Part shown: positions 39,620 to 54,059 of the stretch, one piece after another | Numbering within the stretch: position 1 is the first letter of the stretch | How the letters are laid out: each line of letters starts with the position of its first letter | Source: Eledone cirrhosa | Taxonomy: Eukaryota | Assembly (NCBI GenBank): GCA_964016885.1 | Contig: CAXHJY010000028.1 | Location: 1-64,000, forward strand | Reading direction: 5' to 3' | DNA length: 64,000 bases | Made by a program: the position numbers and the translations under genes | The notes under the pieces: model-generated | Databases searched by the model: none | The model's input: only the letters and a program-made list of their open reading frames with translations | Told to the model about the DNA's origin: nothing

Positions 39620-42087
39620 CAGTGGTTCTTAACCTTTTTACTTGTTCGTACCCCATTCAATTCACCAGCCAGTTCTCGCACCCCCTTCCAGAATTGATGA
39701 AAAGCAATATTGATATCATAATCATAATGTGTAAGTAACAAAACAATCATGTATTTAATTCTTTATTTACATAACTGACAACAAAATAATGCATTGCAGG
39801 ATTACAAAAATCAAGATTACATTCATACTAGTAAAAAAACGAAATAACATTGTGCTTGTACTATGCATGGTGTGCTGTGAATTATTATGGCTGAGCGCCA
39901 AATTCAGTGACTTTGTTGCTGTTGCTTTCCATTTATGATGGCATCAAATCTTGGTGTCTTGGTGCTGAGTGCCACTCGCATGTCGTGTTGAGGATCCAGC
40001 CGATTTCGGCTCTTGGTTTTGATGTGAAGCAGACAGGAAAATCCAGTCTCGCAGAGGTAAGTAGTCGCGAAAGGCGTGAGCACAGTGAGAGCCTTCTTTG
40101 CCAGTGTAGGATACGTTTCCAACTGAGAAGCCCAGAAGTGCTCCAAGTGACCATCGGTAAACTCCATTTGCATTCCACGATTGTTTCTGAGTTCGATGAG
40201 ATCTTCCTTGATGTTGCTATCATCATCAACATCTTCCATATTATGCTTAAAAGGGTGCCGGATCCAGTCATCACAGGGTTTTAGCTCTCCACACGAGAAG
40301 TAGTCATCAAATGAGGTGCACAGTATCTGCAGATGTTCAATAATTTTTGAAACAAAATCTTGATGTAGGCAAGCATCCTCTGTTACTGTTTCTTCAAGGG
40401 AAGGAAAATTTGCCAAGTTCCCTTTCTTTAAACGCCTAATCCACAAAACAATTTTGTCTTTGAATGTAGCCAACTTCTCACTTGCAATCAAAATGTTCAT
40501 CCCTCTTCCTTGTAGTGAGCGATTGAGCTCATTGAGTGCTGTGAACACATCAGCCAAATAGGCAAGCATTTGAATAAATTCAGGATCATCAAAATATCCA
40601 GCCAGTTCTTGTCCCAGTCCGTGGAGAAACTGCTGAATTTCTTCTCGCAATTCAAACATACGAGATAGCACATGCCCACGTGACAGCCACCTCACTTCGG
40701 TATGGTACAACAGCACAGTGTGTTCCTGACCCACTTCCTCACAAAATAACTGAAACAGTCGATGATTCAGAGCACGACCACGAATCATATTCACGATCTT
40801 CACAAATCTCCAAAGTCTTTTTCAGGTATGGGGGCAATGTTTTTGCTGCAAGAGCCTGCCGAGGAAGAAAGCAGTGGGTAATCTTCAGTTCAGGAATTTC
40901 TTTTCTCATCAATGCAGCAAACCCTGAACGATTGCCTAGCACGGCTGGTGCACCATCAGTACATATGGAACCAATCTTGTCAAGATGAAGTTGGTATCTT
41001 GTGAAGAATTCTTTTATCATACTGAACACATCTATGGCTTTCGATGTTGTGTTCAGTGAGTTACAGAAAAGAAAACTTTCTTCCACTTTATTGTTCTTCA
41101 CGTACGGGACTAATACCAATAGCTGACAACAATTTGACACATCTGTTGACTCATCCACTTGTAGGCTAATCTTTACTGGACTGGCCTTGATGTCTGCAAT
41201 AACTTGCTCCAGGATATCATCACTCATGTCGATGATTCGGTTACGGATCACATCATTTGATAAAGACACTTGTTGCAGTTTCCTCGCAGCTTCCTGACCG
41301 AGAACAGTCTTTGCCATTTCAAGGGCACACGGCTTGATCAATTCCTCGGGAATCGTATGGGGCTTCTTTGACTTAGCAACCAGGTATGCAACTTGATAAG
41401 AAGCATGTAATAAAGGTTTCACTGTTGGTATAAATCCGTGTGTCAGCAAAGTGCCGGCACGATCAAACCTAGCTCTTTTGACTCGTAATGTTGCAAGATC
41501 ATTCTCTGCATCCTTGCCACCATGTCTGTTCTTAAAATGTTCGTCAAGCTTTGATGGCTTCAAATTTGCGTTGGAGAACATGGTGCTGCATAGGATACAC
41601 TGTGGACGTTGTGTACCATCCTTCTCATCAGTAACACACGTGAAGCCATACTGAACATAGTCATCATTCCACCTTCGTTTTTTGGACATACTGATGATAA
41701 ACCTGGAAAACAATAATTTTTATGAGCAAAATTGAAGTTACAATAAAAGCATAGTGTGCATGTCTGTGATACATGTCTATACCAGAGGCGCACATCCGGG
41801 GGGCGAGGGGGCGAGATCATTTCAGGTGTGGCGAAAATGACCTTCGCCCCCAATAATTTTCAATGAAATGGACTCTCTGGCCATGTTTATGACAAATTTA
41901 ATGAAAAAAATGCAAAATAATTTTATAAATTATCCCTAATGCCAATTAGCACAATGACTTCTTGATTTCCAGAATTTTTCACTTTTTTCGGTTACCCGAC
42001 CATTATTCCCGAAAAATTGTAAATTTACCCCAGGGTATCCTCGCACCCCCTAGGAAGCATTCTCGCACCCCTGGTTAAGAACCACTG
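39620..42087 (-). mobile_element. Full-length hAT (Buster/Charlie-type) DNA transposon
   Basis: 15-bp TIRs CAGTGGTTCTTAACC...GGTTAAGAACCACTG. 8-bp TSD cagTAgag at 39612-39619 and 42088-42095 (nnnTAnnn Buster signature). Inserted into an RTE LINE fragment that continues on both sides. Confidence 0.95.
39904..41689 (-). pseudogene. Buster/ZBED5-ZBED8-like hAT transposase with one frameshift near 40800
   Basis: BED-finger CILC...H..RH, DESTD, CTDGA, HCF, TEVRWLSRG and C-terminal PFATTYLCETGFS motifs, split across ORFs 41713-40739 and 40803-39904. Confidence 0.9.
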
Positions 42088-43318
42088 CAGTAGAGGAAGC
42101 ACAAAAAAGATCTGGGTGGAGGTGTTGAGAGCTGAACAAAAATTACTGAAACTCACAGAGGAGATGATGAAGGAATGCAGCAAGTAGAGGAAGGCTGTGC
42201 TGGAAAAGATCCATCCAACCCATGCAAGCATGGAAAAGTGGACGTAAAAGTGATGATGATGATGATAAGACCAGATATAAAATGCGTAGCCTTGTTATAT
42301 ACAATTTTCAATCATAGTTTTTACCAGTTGGTAGGTTTTCAATGAAATTATTTTACAAAATGTTTTTTTTTTATTCTTATTCAGAAGAAGTTGCTAATCT
42401 TTATGGGAAACTCATAAATATTACAATTATTATTTTCCCTTTCCACCTAAAAAGTCAATAGAACTGACATCTTCAGGTATAAAAAGTCAGTCTGTAAATG
42501 CAAATCTATAACTTTTATAAGAAAATAAGTCTGGTTACTTCATTTGTAGAATATATATTTACCAACAGTGAAGCTCACAATGAAAATTGATTGTCAGTTT
42601 ACAAGGTGAGGAGGAATGTGTGTGGATCACAACATCACCTGTCAAAAGCTAAACCAATCAATCATAGCTAGAGAAGAGATAGGTACCACCTGTGTATCTG
42701 CTTATTGAATCACAGCATGATAATGCAACAACATTGAAATGCCATACTGGATCAGTCAAGGCCTTTGGCTAATAACCAGGAAATATGGAGGAAGGTGTTA
42801 CACCTCTTCCTGTGCACCTACATCCCCCCTAGACTATAGGTATTGATTGATTGATTGAATATCATTATCAGCACAATCATCATCATCATCATCATCTTTA
42901 TGTTTCCTTTGTATGCTGGCATGGGTTGGACGATCCATAGTCTGAATCAGTTTTTATTCAGAGTTACTGCACTCCTAGGTGGATCATAGGTTCCATTTGT
43001 GGCACGATTTTTACAGTTGGATGCTCTTTCTAACACTGACCACTTTACAGAGTGAACTGGGGGAATTTTATGATGGCACCAACACTAGAGAGGTCATCAT
43101 GACTTAAGCGTGTCCAAATACATACATACATACATACATACATAGGCACATACAACACACACACATAGACAATTTATTTTTTCCCATAATTTCATTTAGA
43201 ATGAAATCCTAAAACTTGTCATTTAAAAATAATAATTACTGTTAATTTTCCTAATATTTCATGTTTGCCTCAGTAACAGAAACTTCATTTAAAAAGTGAT
43301 AATTGTAATCTAGTTATC

Positions 43319-43371
<53 letters not shown>

Positions 43372-43594
43372 AAATCAAGCCAAAATTGGTAGAAATCTAG
43401 CCAAAATAAGTTCTGTATGAGCATGACATGATCACCTGACCTAGCATTTCTCACAACAAGATAACTCATCTAACCCATGCCAGCATGGAAAATTAACGTT
43501 AAATGGTGATGATGATGATGATATATATATATATATACACACACACTCTCTCTCTCGTGTGTTATCTTTTCTACGTATTATATACATATATATA

Positions 43595-43645
<51 letters not shown>

Positions 43646-43784
43646 CCAACCAAACAGTGAGTGTGTTCTGTTATTAATTCTGGTAATATTACACAAATAT
43701 GACCCTCCCCAAGTATAACAATATTTGTTTCAACACACGATTTCATATAAAAAACCTCGCAAAACTAATATATATCATCATCAT

Positions 43785-44340
43785 CATCATCAACGTTTAA
43801 CGTCCGTGTTCCACACTTGCATGGGTTTGGACGGGGGTAGTCCCACTTGAGGCAAGAGTGATTGTCTTGCTCGCATAGGACTGTCTGGCAGGTTTTCTAC
43901 AGTTGGATGCCCTTCCTAACACCAACCACATTTACAGTGTGGGTCTGGGAGGTTTTTACCGTGTTTCCTACACAGCCACATTACAGCATGGACTGTGTGT
44001 TTTTTTGTCGTGACACCTACACGATCTCATTTGTTTCGGCCTGGATGGCGCGGCACCAACATAACTTTACATAGAACGGGGTGGTGTGGATGGGGTGGGG
44101 GTGGTGGCGGGACGGGGTGTATTTTGTTAGAGATGCCTACTGGCAAGGCGGGTCTTCTCTGTTACTGAGTACCGCCAAAGGTCTCGGTCCAGTGACATTG
44201 TCTTGGAGAGGTGTAAGTGTGTGAGGTCAGAGTTTATCAGCTCGTCCCAGGTTTTTCTAGGTCTGCCTATTCCGTGGCTACCGTCTATCTTTATTGCCCT
44301 GCACTTTGTAATACAGCTATCGACTTTCATGCGCATCATG
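43785..44340 (-). mobile_element. 5'-truncated RTE LINE end
   Basis: MMRMKVDSCITKCRAIKIDGSHGIGRPRKTW, paralogous to 54750-54970, plus tail. Confidence 0.85.
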
Positions 44341-44352
44341 TATATATATATG

Positions 44353-44388
<36 letters not shown>

Positions 44389-44620
44389 CCTACTCACCAC
44401 TCCTCCATGCATTGAGAGAGAGAGAGATTCTGTGTGTGGGAGTTAGTGCTATGATAAAATTCACCTGCAACACTCTGTAAATAGAAGGACTGATGCCACA
44501 ATGAAACCCCCAATAATTACAGTGATTTGGCCAACGTGATTTTGTGACAATAATCCTTCTAAATTGAAATAAAAGTATTTTAAATTCAAGTATTTATTTG
44601 GTATTCTTGTTTCATTGCAG

Positions 44621-44762
44621 AAAATCTTTGCAACGGCAAATTTCATCAACATCTGCGTGATGTTTTTGCACCACAGGTTGTGAGATATGTGGATTTAATG
44701 GAGTCTTCGATTGCACAGTCAATTCATAAAGGTTTTGAAAAAGAACGTTGGGATGCACAAGG
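44621..44762 (+). CDS. CADPS: Next coding exon of CAPS/CADPS (MUN/MHD region)
   Basis: Acceptor ttcattgcag and donor gtaaga. Joins the previous exon in frame (G+AA=Glu) to give [48 protein letters not shown], matching recalled [43 protein letters not shown]. Not in the ORF track. Confidence 0.95.
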
Positions 44763-45181
44763 GTAAGATTACATTTAATTTAGAAAATTAATATTATTTT
44801 CTTATATGTTTAAAATGACTGTAAACCCTTTAGCATTTACATTACTCTATATTTACTATAGTATTTTCAAGGTAAAGGCCTCACAAAATTATTTCACATA
44901 ATATCGAATCTACAAGACTTTGATATTATTTATTTTGAGAACAATACTTTAACATAAGTATCAGCCACTGGTTATGGCTGGTTTGAACAGAAAGAGGTGA
45001 GAGAATTCTGGCTGGATATGGACGGTTTAAATGCTAAAGGGTTAAAACCTGTAAAATTTATTATGGATTGTCATGTGATTGGATTACATGCTGGAATAAA
45101 AAATAAAAGCGAGAAAATCATAAAAATTCATAAGTTTATATAATAAATTTATAATACTAAATTTGTGCATATGTAATTATG

Positions 45182-46372
45182 TATGAGGGAAGGTTTGAAA
45201 CATATCAAATATTTAATGTCTTGACATTAAAGAAGGAGCATTGTAAAAGCCAAATGCTTTGAGTTATATTTTATTTTATTACTGTTAAAAGAGTCTTCAA
45301 AATGTTAAAAATGAGTATAGGATAGTCATCAGATTTCTCCCCAAGAAACATGTTCCTCAAATATGGAATATGTTTACATGGGGTTATTTCACTTTATTTA
45401 GTACTGTAAAAAATAGTGGACATTGTTTCATGTGAGGAGAGAACTACTAGAAAATGAAAAACATGAAGGATATCCACATATTACAACAACCCGTCAAAGA
45501 ATTGTCCTTGAGGAAGAAGTAATGGTTGACCACTATTTCAAGATGAAAGAATTTACAGTGATGGTTTATCTGTTTACAACAATTCACTGCATGTTACATG
45601 GTCACTTTCAGAGAGATAAATTTAGCACAATATGAGTACCAAAACTTCTTTCCTCAGTTCAAAAAACAAAAACAAAGAAAGGAATATTAACCCTTTAGCA
45701 TTTACATTACTCTATATGTATACTATTGTATCTTTGTGGTAAAGGCTTTACCTCACATAATTATCTCACATAATATCGAATCTACAAGATTTTGATATTA
45801 TTTATTTTGAGAACAATACCTTAACCTCAGTATGAGCTGCTGGTTTTGGCTGGTTTGAACAGAAAGAGGTGAGAGAATTCTGGCCGGATATGGCTGGTTT
45901 AAATGCTAAAGGGTTAAAAGTATTAATATTTCTGTCATTGCAAAAAAAGTATGTTGTTCATTCCATTGTAATTGGAAATGAAACTATGATCTTGTATTAT
46001 AATATTTTGTCAAATAAAAATCCATGAAATGGCATTGTCCAGATGAAGCTGTCTTCGAACAAAAAAAAAAAAAAAGACACCCGAATCCCCCACCCACCCC
46101 CACCCAATAATGGGGCGGGGGGGGGGGGGGAATTATCAAAACTCCAGCTGAGAGAGAAAATATTCTCAAACAATGATGGATTAAAGACTATTTTTGAGCA
46201 CTTTCAGTTGAAATACATGGACTACTTTTACAATGGGATTCAAAAGCTAATTCCCCATTCTAATAAGTATATTCAAATATGAGGTGATTATATTGAAAAA
46301 TAATAAAACTATTTTTTACAATTTCTTTCATTTTCCTATTTAGGCTGAGAACTCTTGCACCTTCTCTCGTAC
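45182..46372 (+). mobile_element. Heavily decayed mariner element interrupted by a MITE
   Basis: TIR-like tatgagggaaggtttgaaa / ttgcaccttctctcgta ends; remnants TTIHCMLHGH...KFSTI*VPKLLSSVQK and YFYNGIQKLIPHSNKYIQI*GDYIEK typical of mariner transposases. Confidence 0.7.
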
Positions 46373-46886
46373 ATGTGAGCAAATAGGGGCATGTGTGTAT
46401 TTATAAGTGAGAGAGAGAGAGAGAGTGCGTGTGTGTGTGCGTGTGTGCTGAACCACCTACTTGTTTAAAAGTAAAACAGTTGTTCATTGAGTACTACTTG
46501 TGGTTAAATCAGTAAAGATATATCCATATATAACATATTCTTTGATAGCTAGTTTCATTAACAAATTAATGATGCATTAACAGAGTTATGTTTTAATGCA
46601 ATGTTGTATTACAATATATCTATAGATGTTAACCAATACTGTACATAGACATTCTATAGTACAATATGAAATGAACCTCCATTGGTTTCAACAATGAGTG
46701 CTCCAGTTATTTGATCAATGGAACAGCCTGCATATGAAATTAATGTGCAAGTGGCTGAGCATTCCATAGGCACATGCACTGAAACACAATTCTTGGGAGA
46801 TTTAACACGACACATTGTGTGACAAGGCTGATTTTTGAATTACTGGTACACTCTATCTGATTAATCTCCAAACAATTTCTGTCTAC

Positions 46887-47600
46887 CCAGTTTTATTCAC
46901 AAGTCATGGGTTAACCTGAGCCTATGGTAAATGAAACTTGACGAAGGTGCCATTCCAGGCCCAGTGTTATTCACAAGTCATGGGTCAACCTGAGCCTATG
47001 GTAAATGAAACTTGACGAAGGTGCCATTCCCGGCCCAGTGTTATTCACAAGTCATGGGTCAACCTGAGCCTATGGTAAAGGAAACTTGATGAAGGTGCCA
47101 TTCCAGGCCTAGTGTTATTCACAATTCATGGGTCAACCTGAGCCTATGGTAAATGAAACCTGACGAAGGTGCCATTCCCGGCCCAGTTTCATTCACAAGT
47201 CATGAGTCAACCTGAGCCTATGGTAAATGAAACTTGACGAAGGTGCCATTCCAGGCCCAGTGTTATTCACAATTCATGGGTCAACCTGAGCCTATGGTAA
47301 ATGAAACCTGACGAAGGTGCCATTCCCGGCCCAGTTTTATTCACAAGTCATGGGTCAACCTGAGCCTATGGTAAATGAAACTTGACGAAGGTGCCATTCC
47401 CGGCCCAGTTTTATTCACAAGTCATGGGTCAACCTGAGCCTATGGTAAATGAAACCTGACGAATGTGCCATTCCCAGCCCAGTTTTATTCACAAGTCATG
47501 GGTCAACCTGAGCCTATGGTAAATGAAACTTGACGAAGGTGCCATTCCAGGCCCAGTTTCATTCACAAGTCATGGGTCAACCTGAGGTTATGGTAAATGA
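46887..47600. repeat. 74-bp minisatellite, about 9.6 copies, inside a minus-strand SINE (about 46670-47645)
   Basis: Unit ccagttttattcacaagtcatgggtcaacctgagcctatggtaaatgaaacttgacgaaggtgccattccaggc, with starts at 46887, 46961, 47035 and so on. Confidence 0.95.
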
Positions 47601-48398
47601 CACTTTCCCAAGATGTCATGCCTTGGGATTAAACCTGCCACCTGAAGTTAATGCATCGTTAATTTATCAGTTGAACTAGTTGCTAAGTCTGACTTACTTA
47701 AGCTCTTAGTAGTAATGAGTATAAAAGCTGTCTTCATGAACAGTTAAAGAGTGTACTCAGTTGCAGATGAAATACCAATATGAGTTGAAATTAGTCTGGC
47801 TGCTTCCTCTTTTTGTATTCATGAAGTCAATGAAGATATTTTGTATAAAAACAAATACTTACATCTGTCAATACGTATGGTAATTTATTACTAGAGCTGA
47901 ATAGTATTTAAAATAGTTTGAACAGAAAATGTATTCTTTATAAAGTGTTGCACAAGAATATATAATCTTTATATATAAATTCTTTAAAAGAAAACCTCTA
48001 GATGGTGCCATAGCAATACCAACATACAATTCAAAAATTTACTTTACATATTTTATGAAAATTGGTTGACTTGCTAAAAGTCCCTGTTATGAGAAACATA
48101 TAAAAAGTATTAAATTAAGAATTAGGTAATCTTTTGTACGTTGCTGAATATTAGTTAATTTTACAGGGATTGCTTTTTAATTATCTAGTTCAACTGATGT
48201 ATTAGTTTTTTTACACTGTGGTTAAATAGTTGTAACATTCAATTACTATTCAGTATTAGAATTAATACAGAAATAATTGGAATATATCAAGTTTCACTGT
48301 AGGAATATATATGTTTTACATATTGTGGTATTCAGTATGTTTTAAATGTAAATATGTTTTCATTATATCAAACAGACTGACACACCAACACACATATT

Positions 48399-48463
<65 letters not shown>

Positions 48464-48604
48464 TAAAATAACAGATTAAAGTTTAAGCAAAGATTCTTTG
48501 CTTAAACTTTAATCTGTTATTTTAATAAATATTTGATATATATTTGATATATATTTATCCTCATCGAGCCCTCTTTGGATTTTAGTCTTCACATTTATTT
48601 TTAT

Positions 48605-48712
<108 letters not shown>

Positions 48713-51700
48713 ATATATATATGCACAAACCCACACACATTCAACCATCTTACGTTAAAATAGATCAGTAAAACAGAAATAAAAGGACTGTTAACTCAAT
48801 GTCACAACTAAAAGTTATGACATTGAGTTAACAGTTCTTTTAATTCTCTGTTTTACTGATCTATTTTAGCATTACAAAATTAATTTCCATTTGTTGAATA
48901 AAATATTTGCTAGACCTGAGCAGTTTATTGCATTTATGAATATGTAAGATAATTGTTTTTGCAAATATATTAAAATACTAACATTGTTTGTATCAATATA
49001 TTTATGGACAGCTGCATTTCAAATTTTGCGTAAAAAGGATACACTTTCTGTAAATATTTATACCACTATTTCAAATTATGTGAAGACAAATTATTAAAGA
49101 TAATTTTTTGAATGGAAAATTGAATATTTTTTATGTTAATGTCACAATTTAGTATTCTTTTTAATTTCTTATTTGTGATTGAAATATTAAAATATTTTAG
49201 GAAACTTCGAATCTGCCTGTCATATCTTTTACATTATTATTTCCAGTCATAAGATAAGAAATTCCTCGATAAATAAAATAAAATCATATTTCAATAACAT
49301 TAAGATCAGTAAATATATTTCATTGGTTTTTAATCTTATGTAAATCTAATGTAACAGAAATAACTGCTTCTTCTCAATAACCTCTAGCTCCAAACTAGAC
49401 AACACATACTCTGCTTAAGAGTGTGAGGCAATTCCACGACACAGGCAATGTTTATTTTGGTAGTCCCCCACCAAAGCTGTTCACCAACCAACAACTAACT
49501 ACCCTGCCCTCAACTATCAATAGAATCATACATGCTACTCAGCTGTCATTAATCAATGCTAAAAATATCATTTTTCATTACACTCTGTCAAATGACAGAG
49601 AGGGAATAAATGAAACTCTGAGATCCTTTGAAAAAATGTATAAGAAATGTAACAGTAACAGGAAGCTCAGAGTAGCAAAGAAGCAGAACCACAGTTTCAA
49701 TTAAATGGATGCATATAAATATGTATATATATATATATATATTCTATTCTATTCTAAGGCGGGTAAAATTCCCGAGATCCATGGACGAGTTCTCTCCAGC
49801 AGTCTCTGTCCCTCATTATCACTGCCATGTCCTGCGTCTCCAACAGACCAGTGTCTGTCCTTAGGGCATCAACATACGTTAACCTTGGTCTTCCTCTTCT
49901 AGTGTAAATAAATGGAAACTATATTTATAAAAGCATATTTATTCTAGTATATATATTTCAAGGGTGCTGAAACTTTGATATGCTCTCATCAGATAAAATA
50001 CAAAGTTTGTTTTATAAATATTGACATAACCAGGAAGAAGAACTTAACGGTTCAAGTTTTTCCTAATATCATTAAATATTATACTCCAGAAAACTTGTTG
50101 AGTGCTTTGAATCAGTTATAAACATTTATATTTGTTGAATTACTTATATATATATATATATATATATATCATCACCATCACCACTGTTTAACGTCCATTT
50201 CCCACATTGGTAGGGGTTAGATGAGTTGTCCTGTTGTGAGACAATTCAGATCAAGTGACTGTGCCTAACTCATACAGAACTCACATACATATGTATATAA
50301 AGATATGTATGTGTTCATAGGCATAGATGGTTTTGTGTTTTAGTCAGTTTCAGTTGCACAAGAGCTGTTCAGCAGTAAGAGAGCCCATGAAATAAATGAT
50401 CAAACATTTGGAAGAGAGTAGTGAAATATATGACTTGTCATTTATTAGTATATTGAAAAGCTTTTCATATATTGCTATATTAAACTTTGTTTGGAATGTA
50501 AAAAAAGGTTCTTAAATAAAATTTATGATGGAAGGTTTTAAATTAAATCTACATACTTTTAAAGTAGATAGATTTCTATAAAAACAAAACCTTTAGACAT
50601 TTTCAGATAAAAGATTTTCTTATGGAATTTATATAAATAAGAGTAAACTTTGTCTACCCTCTATTCTTTAACAAATGATATGAGAAAAATAAAAGAATAT
50701 AATCAAAATAGAAACTCTTAATAATAATTTCCAATTAACAGAAAATGATGCTTTAAAGTAAATGGATTTCTTAGTTTAGACCAATTTGCATAACATAAAC
50801 CTTGTTTGGTATATGACTATGATTTGAAATTTTTCAGCGGTATTCTAAATAAAGATATTGAATTCTTGAAATATTTTACATCATTACTTTATTCTAATTT
50901 GTGAAGACATCTATATATATTATTAGGGTAGATATTTCAGTTATAATGTCTCACTATGAATTGAGCATTTCTTTTCAACTGGTATAAACTATTTATTACA
51001 TCATAAACTAATTAATTCAGCTCGCCATAAAGATTGGCGGTGGATTGGCAGTATCGGTAGAGGGTCGGACGCCATGCTTTGTTGCATAGAGTTACGGCCC
51101 TTGCCAATCTGAGTTCAAATCCCGCCGAGGTTAACTTTGCCTTTCATCCTTACAGGGTCGATAAAATAAAGTACCAGTAATGCACTGGGTAATTGCTGGC
51201 CTTGTACCAAACGTAGAAACAATTATATTACATATATAGAGAAGAGAAGCTTCTTCAGTTGTGTTAAAGACAAAACAACCTTTCTAGTGCTGGTGATAAC
51301 ATACACCCAGTAGACTCTGTAAAGTGATTGGTATTAGGAAGGTCTTTCAGACAGAAACTTTGCCAGAATGGAATGTATCTTAGCAAGACATGGTTCCTTG
51401 ACCTGGCAACCTATCTACTTCTAGTGCCTTGATAAAATACATGCAGTACACTTAGTAAAGTGGTTGGTATTGAGAAGGACAATCAGCTTTAGAAACTGCT
51501 AAAAATGGAATATATAAATGAGACATAGTAATTGTTTCTACTTTTGACACAAGGCCAACAATTACCAAAGTACATTACTGGTACTTTATTTTATCGACCC
51601 CGTATGGATGAAAGGCAAGTAATAACTCTGAATAAGAATTAGCTCAGACCATAATGAGCTGTCCATTGCTTTTGCAATCTTTGTTTCAATAACTTGTGAC

Positions 51701-52744
51701 TGTCACTAATATATTCAATCTGTTAAAATTCTAGCCTTCCATTATCCAGTTTTGACTGAAGCCATAACTGGTTCAACTGTTTACAGGGCCAGTTTAATCA
51801 CATAGATATACGTCTGTGATTTAATTGTGCTTATAATAGTTTTGATATATTTATTCTTCAACTGATTTTTTGTTGATGAAACAATAGATTTATATAATAA
51901 TAATAATAATAATGAAATTATTGTGTACAGTGCTCAGGTGCACTACAACTCATCAAAGGTGCATGTATAGTACATAGAATATTATACACTATATATATAT
52001 ATTAGCACTAAAACATTAGTTTACTCTACTTCAGAATTTATTTTTTAATATGTATTTTGATGACTAACTATATATATATATTTATTAAAATAACAGATTA
52101 AAGTTTAAGCAAAGAATCGCTGCTTTCACCCTTAAGATCTTGTTAAGGGTGAAAGCAGCGATTCTTTGCTTAAACTTTAATCTGTTATTTTAATAAATAT
52201 TTGCTCTATGGTTCTTATATATTTGATATATATTTTCCTCATCGAGCCCTCTTTGGATTTTAGTCTTCACATTTATTATTATTACTATATTATTAGGGCG
52301 GTGAATTGGCAGTATCGGTAGAGGGTTGGACGCCATGCTTTCTAGCATAGTTACTTCCCTTTACGGTCTGGGTTCAAATCCCGTTGAGGTTAACTTTGCT
52401 TTTCATCCTTACAGGGTCGATAAAATAAAGTACCAGTAATGTACTGGGTAATTGCTGGCCTTGTGCCAAAAGTAGAAACAATTATTATTACTATATATAT
52501 ATATAGAAGTAGTTCCACAACAGTTAATTCACCATTTCCGAGAACAATTTGTTTCACCTTAGATGGATCATCAGCTCGGTTTAAATGAGATAATACGGAA
52601 AAGGAAAACAATTATACGAATACACATGCACAGAAGAAGTTCTTCACAAAAGGGAGTCAACTCATGTTAGATTTAGATTGATGCTCGGGAGGTGACTGCA
52701 AAAGTTCAGAATACAATAGATTATTCATGATATTTGGTCTAGAG

Positions 52745-53920
52745 CACAGGTTCTCAATCCATTTAGGCCAAACGCCCCCTTTTGTCCCTCGAAATCACGA
52801 AACGCCCCCCCCCCTACCCTATTTTTCCATTTTTCAATATACTACTGATTTTGATATCTGTAGATTACTAAACAATTGATTAACAATATTCCAAAGATAT
52901 CATTGAAAGGAAATATATAAATTTCAAAAAAAGGAACATAAATGTTTTTTTTTATGAATAAGGACCAGTTGAATTTGTTACATTCCCACCAGGCGTTACC
53001 AGCTATTTTGAACATTTATACAAGAGCAACTCTATCCAAAGAGTGCTCTTATCTGGAAGAAAGTGGCAATTATATCATTTCAAAGCTTTCCAATTTTCCC
53101 TTTAATGAAACAGATAGAATAAATGTTGATATCTAACTTGATGTCCCCTCTGCTTTGTGAGCTTAGAGACCACAGAAGAGGGTTTTCATGACCACGCGAG
53201 AGGGTATATTTATTAGTAAATGGTAAAATATATACAACAAATGACTGCAACTACAAATAAAAAAAATTGTTAGTTTGCTTTGTAACAATAGCATATCTAA
53301 GTTTTCGGATAAATCAACTTACTTTAACTTTGACCTCATTTCAATGGGACCCTTGAACTTCATGGAGTCTAGCTAACTCTTTGACGTCAGGCTGGATTTT
53401 CGTAAGATGTAGCCGAAGATTTCCACATGTAATTACATTGTAGCGGTTGCGAGCCTTACTGTGCAGTCTGGAAACAGCACCAAACCTCCTCTTGACTAAG
53501 TATGAGCTTGGAAAAGGCAGAGCAAATCTCTTAGCCTCTGCATGTAGGTGTGGAAATCAACGCTAAATTTCCTCTTGCATCCAAAAAAGGGGTTCACCTA
53601 TTTTGGGAAATTTAATTTTGATCATGTCATCTGCTTGAAGTTCAATGAATTCTTCCTGAAATATAACGTCCAAATCATCGACGTTAGCTATGAAAGGATC
53701 TGCTACCCACATTGGGATGTCCATCGGCAAAAGGTCGACAAACCGTTCTCTCATGTTGTTTGTAGCGCATGGAGGTGAGCGGTATACATTTGGAGTTGGT
53801 CATCGCTTACAATGTTTTGAACATTGGCGACACTAGGAAAATTATAGAATTCCCGTCAACAAAGATTCCTTTCGATGACATTCAATTTGGCCAGGAATGT
53901 TTTCACAGCATTCCTTGTTT
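52745..53920 (-). mobile_element. Truncated, decayed second hAT (Buster-like) transposon, 3' part
   Basis: TIR-like CACAGGTTCTCAA at about 52745. Minus-strand remnants WVADPF...EEFIELQAD and LPFPSSYLVKRGFGAV...KARNR (hAT dimerisation domain) with stops. Confidence 0.8.
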
Positions 53921-54059
53921 AAGCAACCACTGGTAAAGGAAATAATTACCTTATGTTGTTTATTACATAACTATTAAGCTCTGTAACCTACATAGAGCAC
54001 TCTTTTTTCCTGGACCTTTCCGACAGAATTACTTCATTTATATATATATATATTCCAAA

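Larger units (their letters stand above)
39240..42265 (+). mobile_element. Decayed RTE LINE 3' fragment split by the hAT insertion
   Basis: RMLRWMCNV...GRVMHM-like remnants before 39620; TWVEVLRAE...and the atgatg tail after 42088. Confidence 0.8.

Noticed and set aside
39904-41713. Domesticated ZBED-type host gene
   Set aside because: Retains TIRs and TSD, sits inside a LINE fragment and is frameshifted, so it is a transposon copy.
49423-49704. 93-aa ORF as a CAPS exon
   Set aside because: No resemblance to recalled CAPS sequence and no convincing splice sites; more likely a decayed retroelement.
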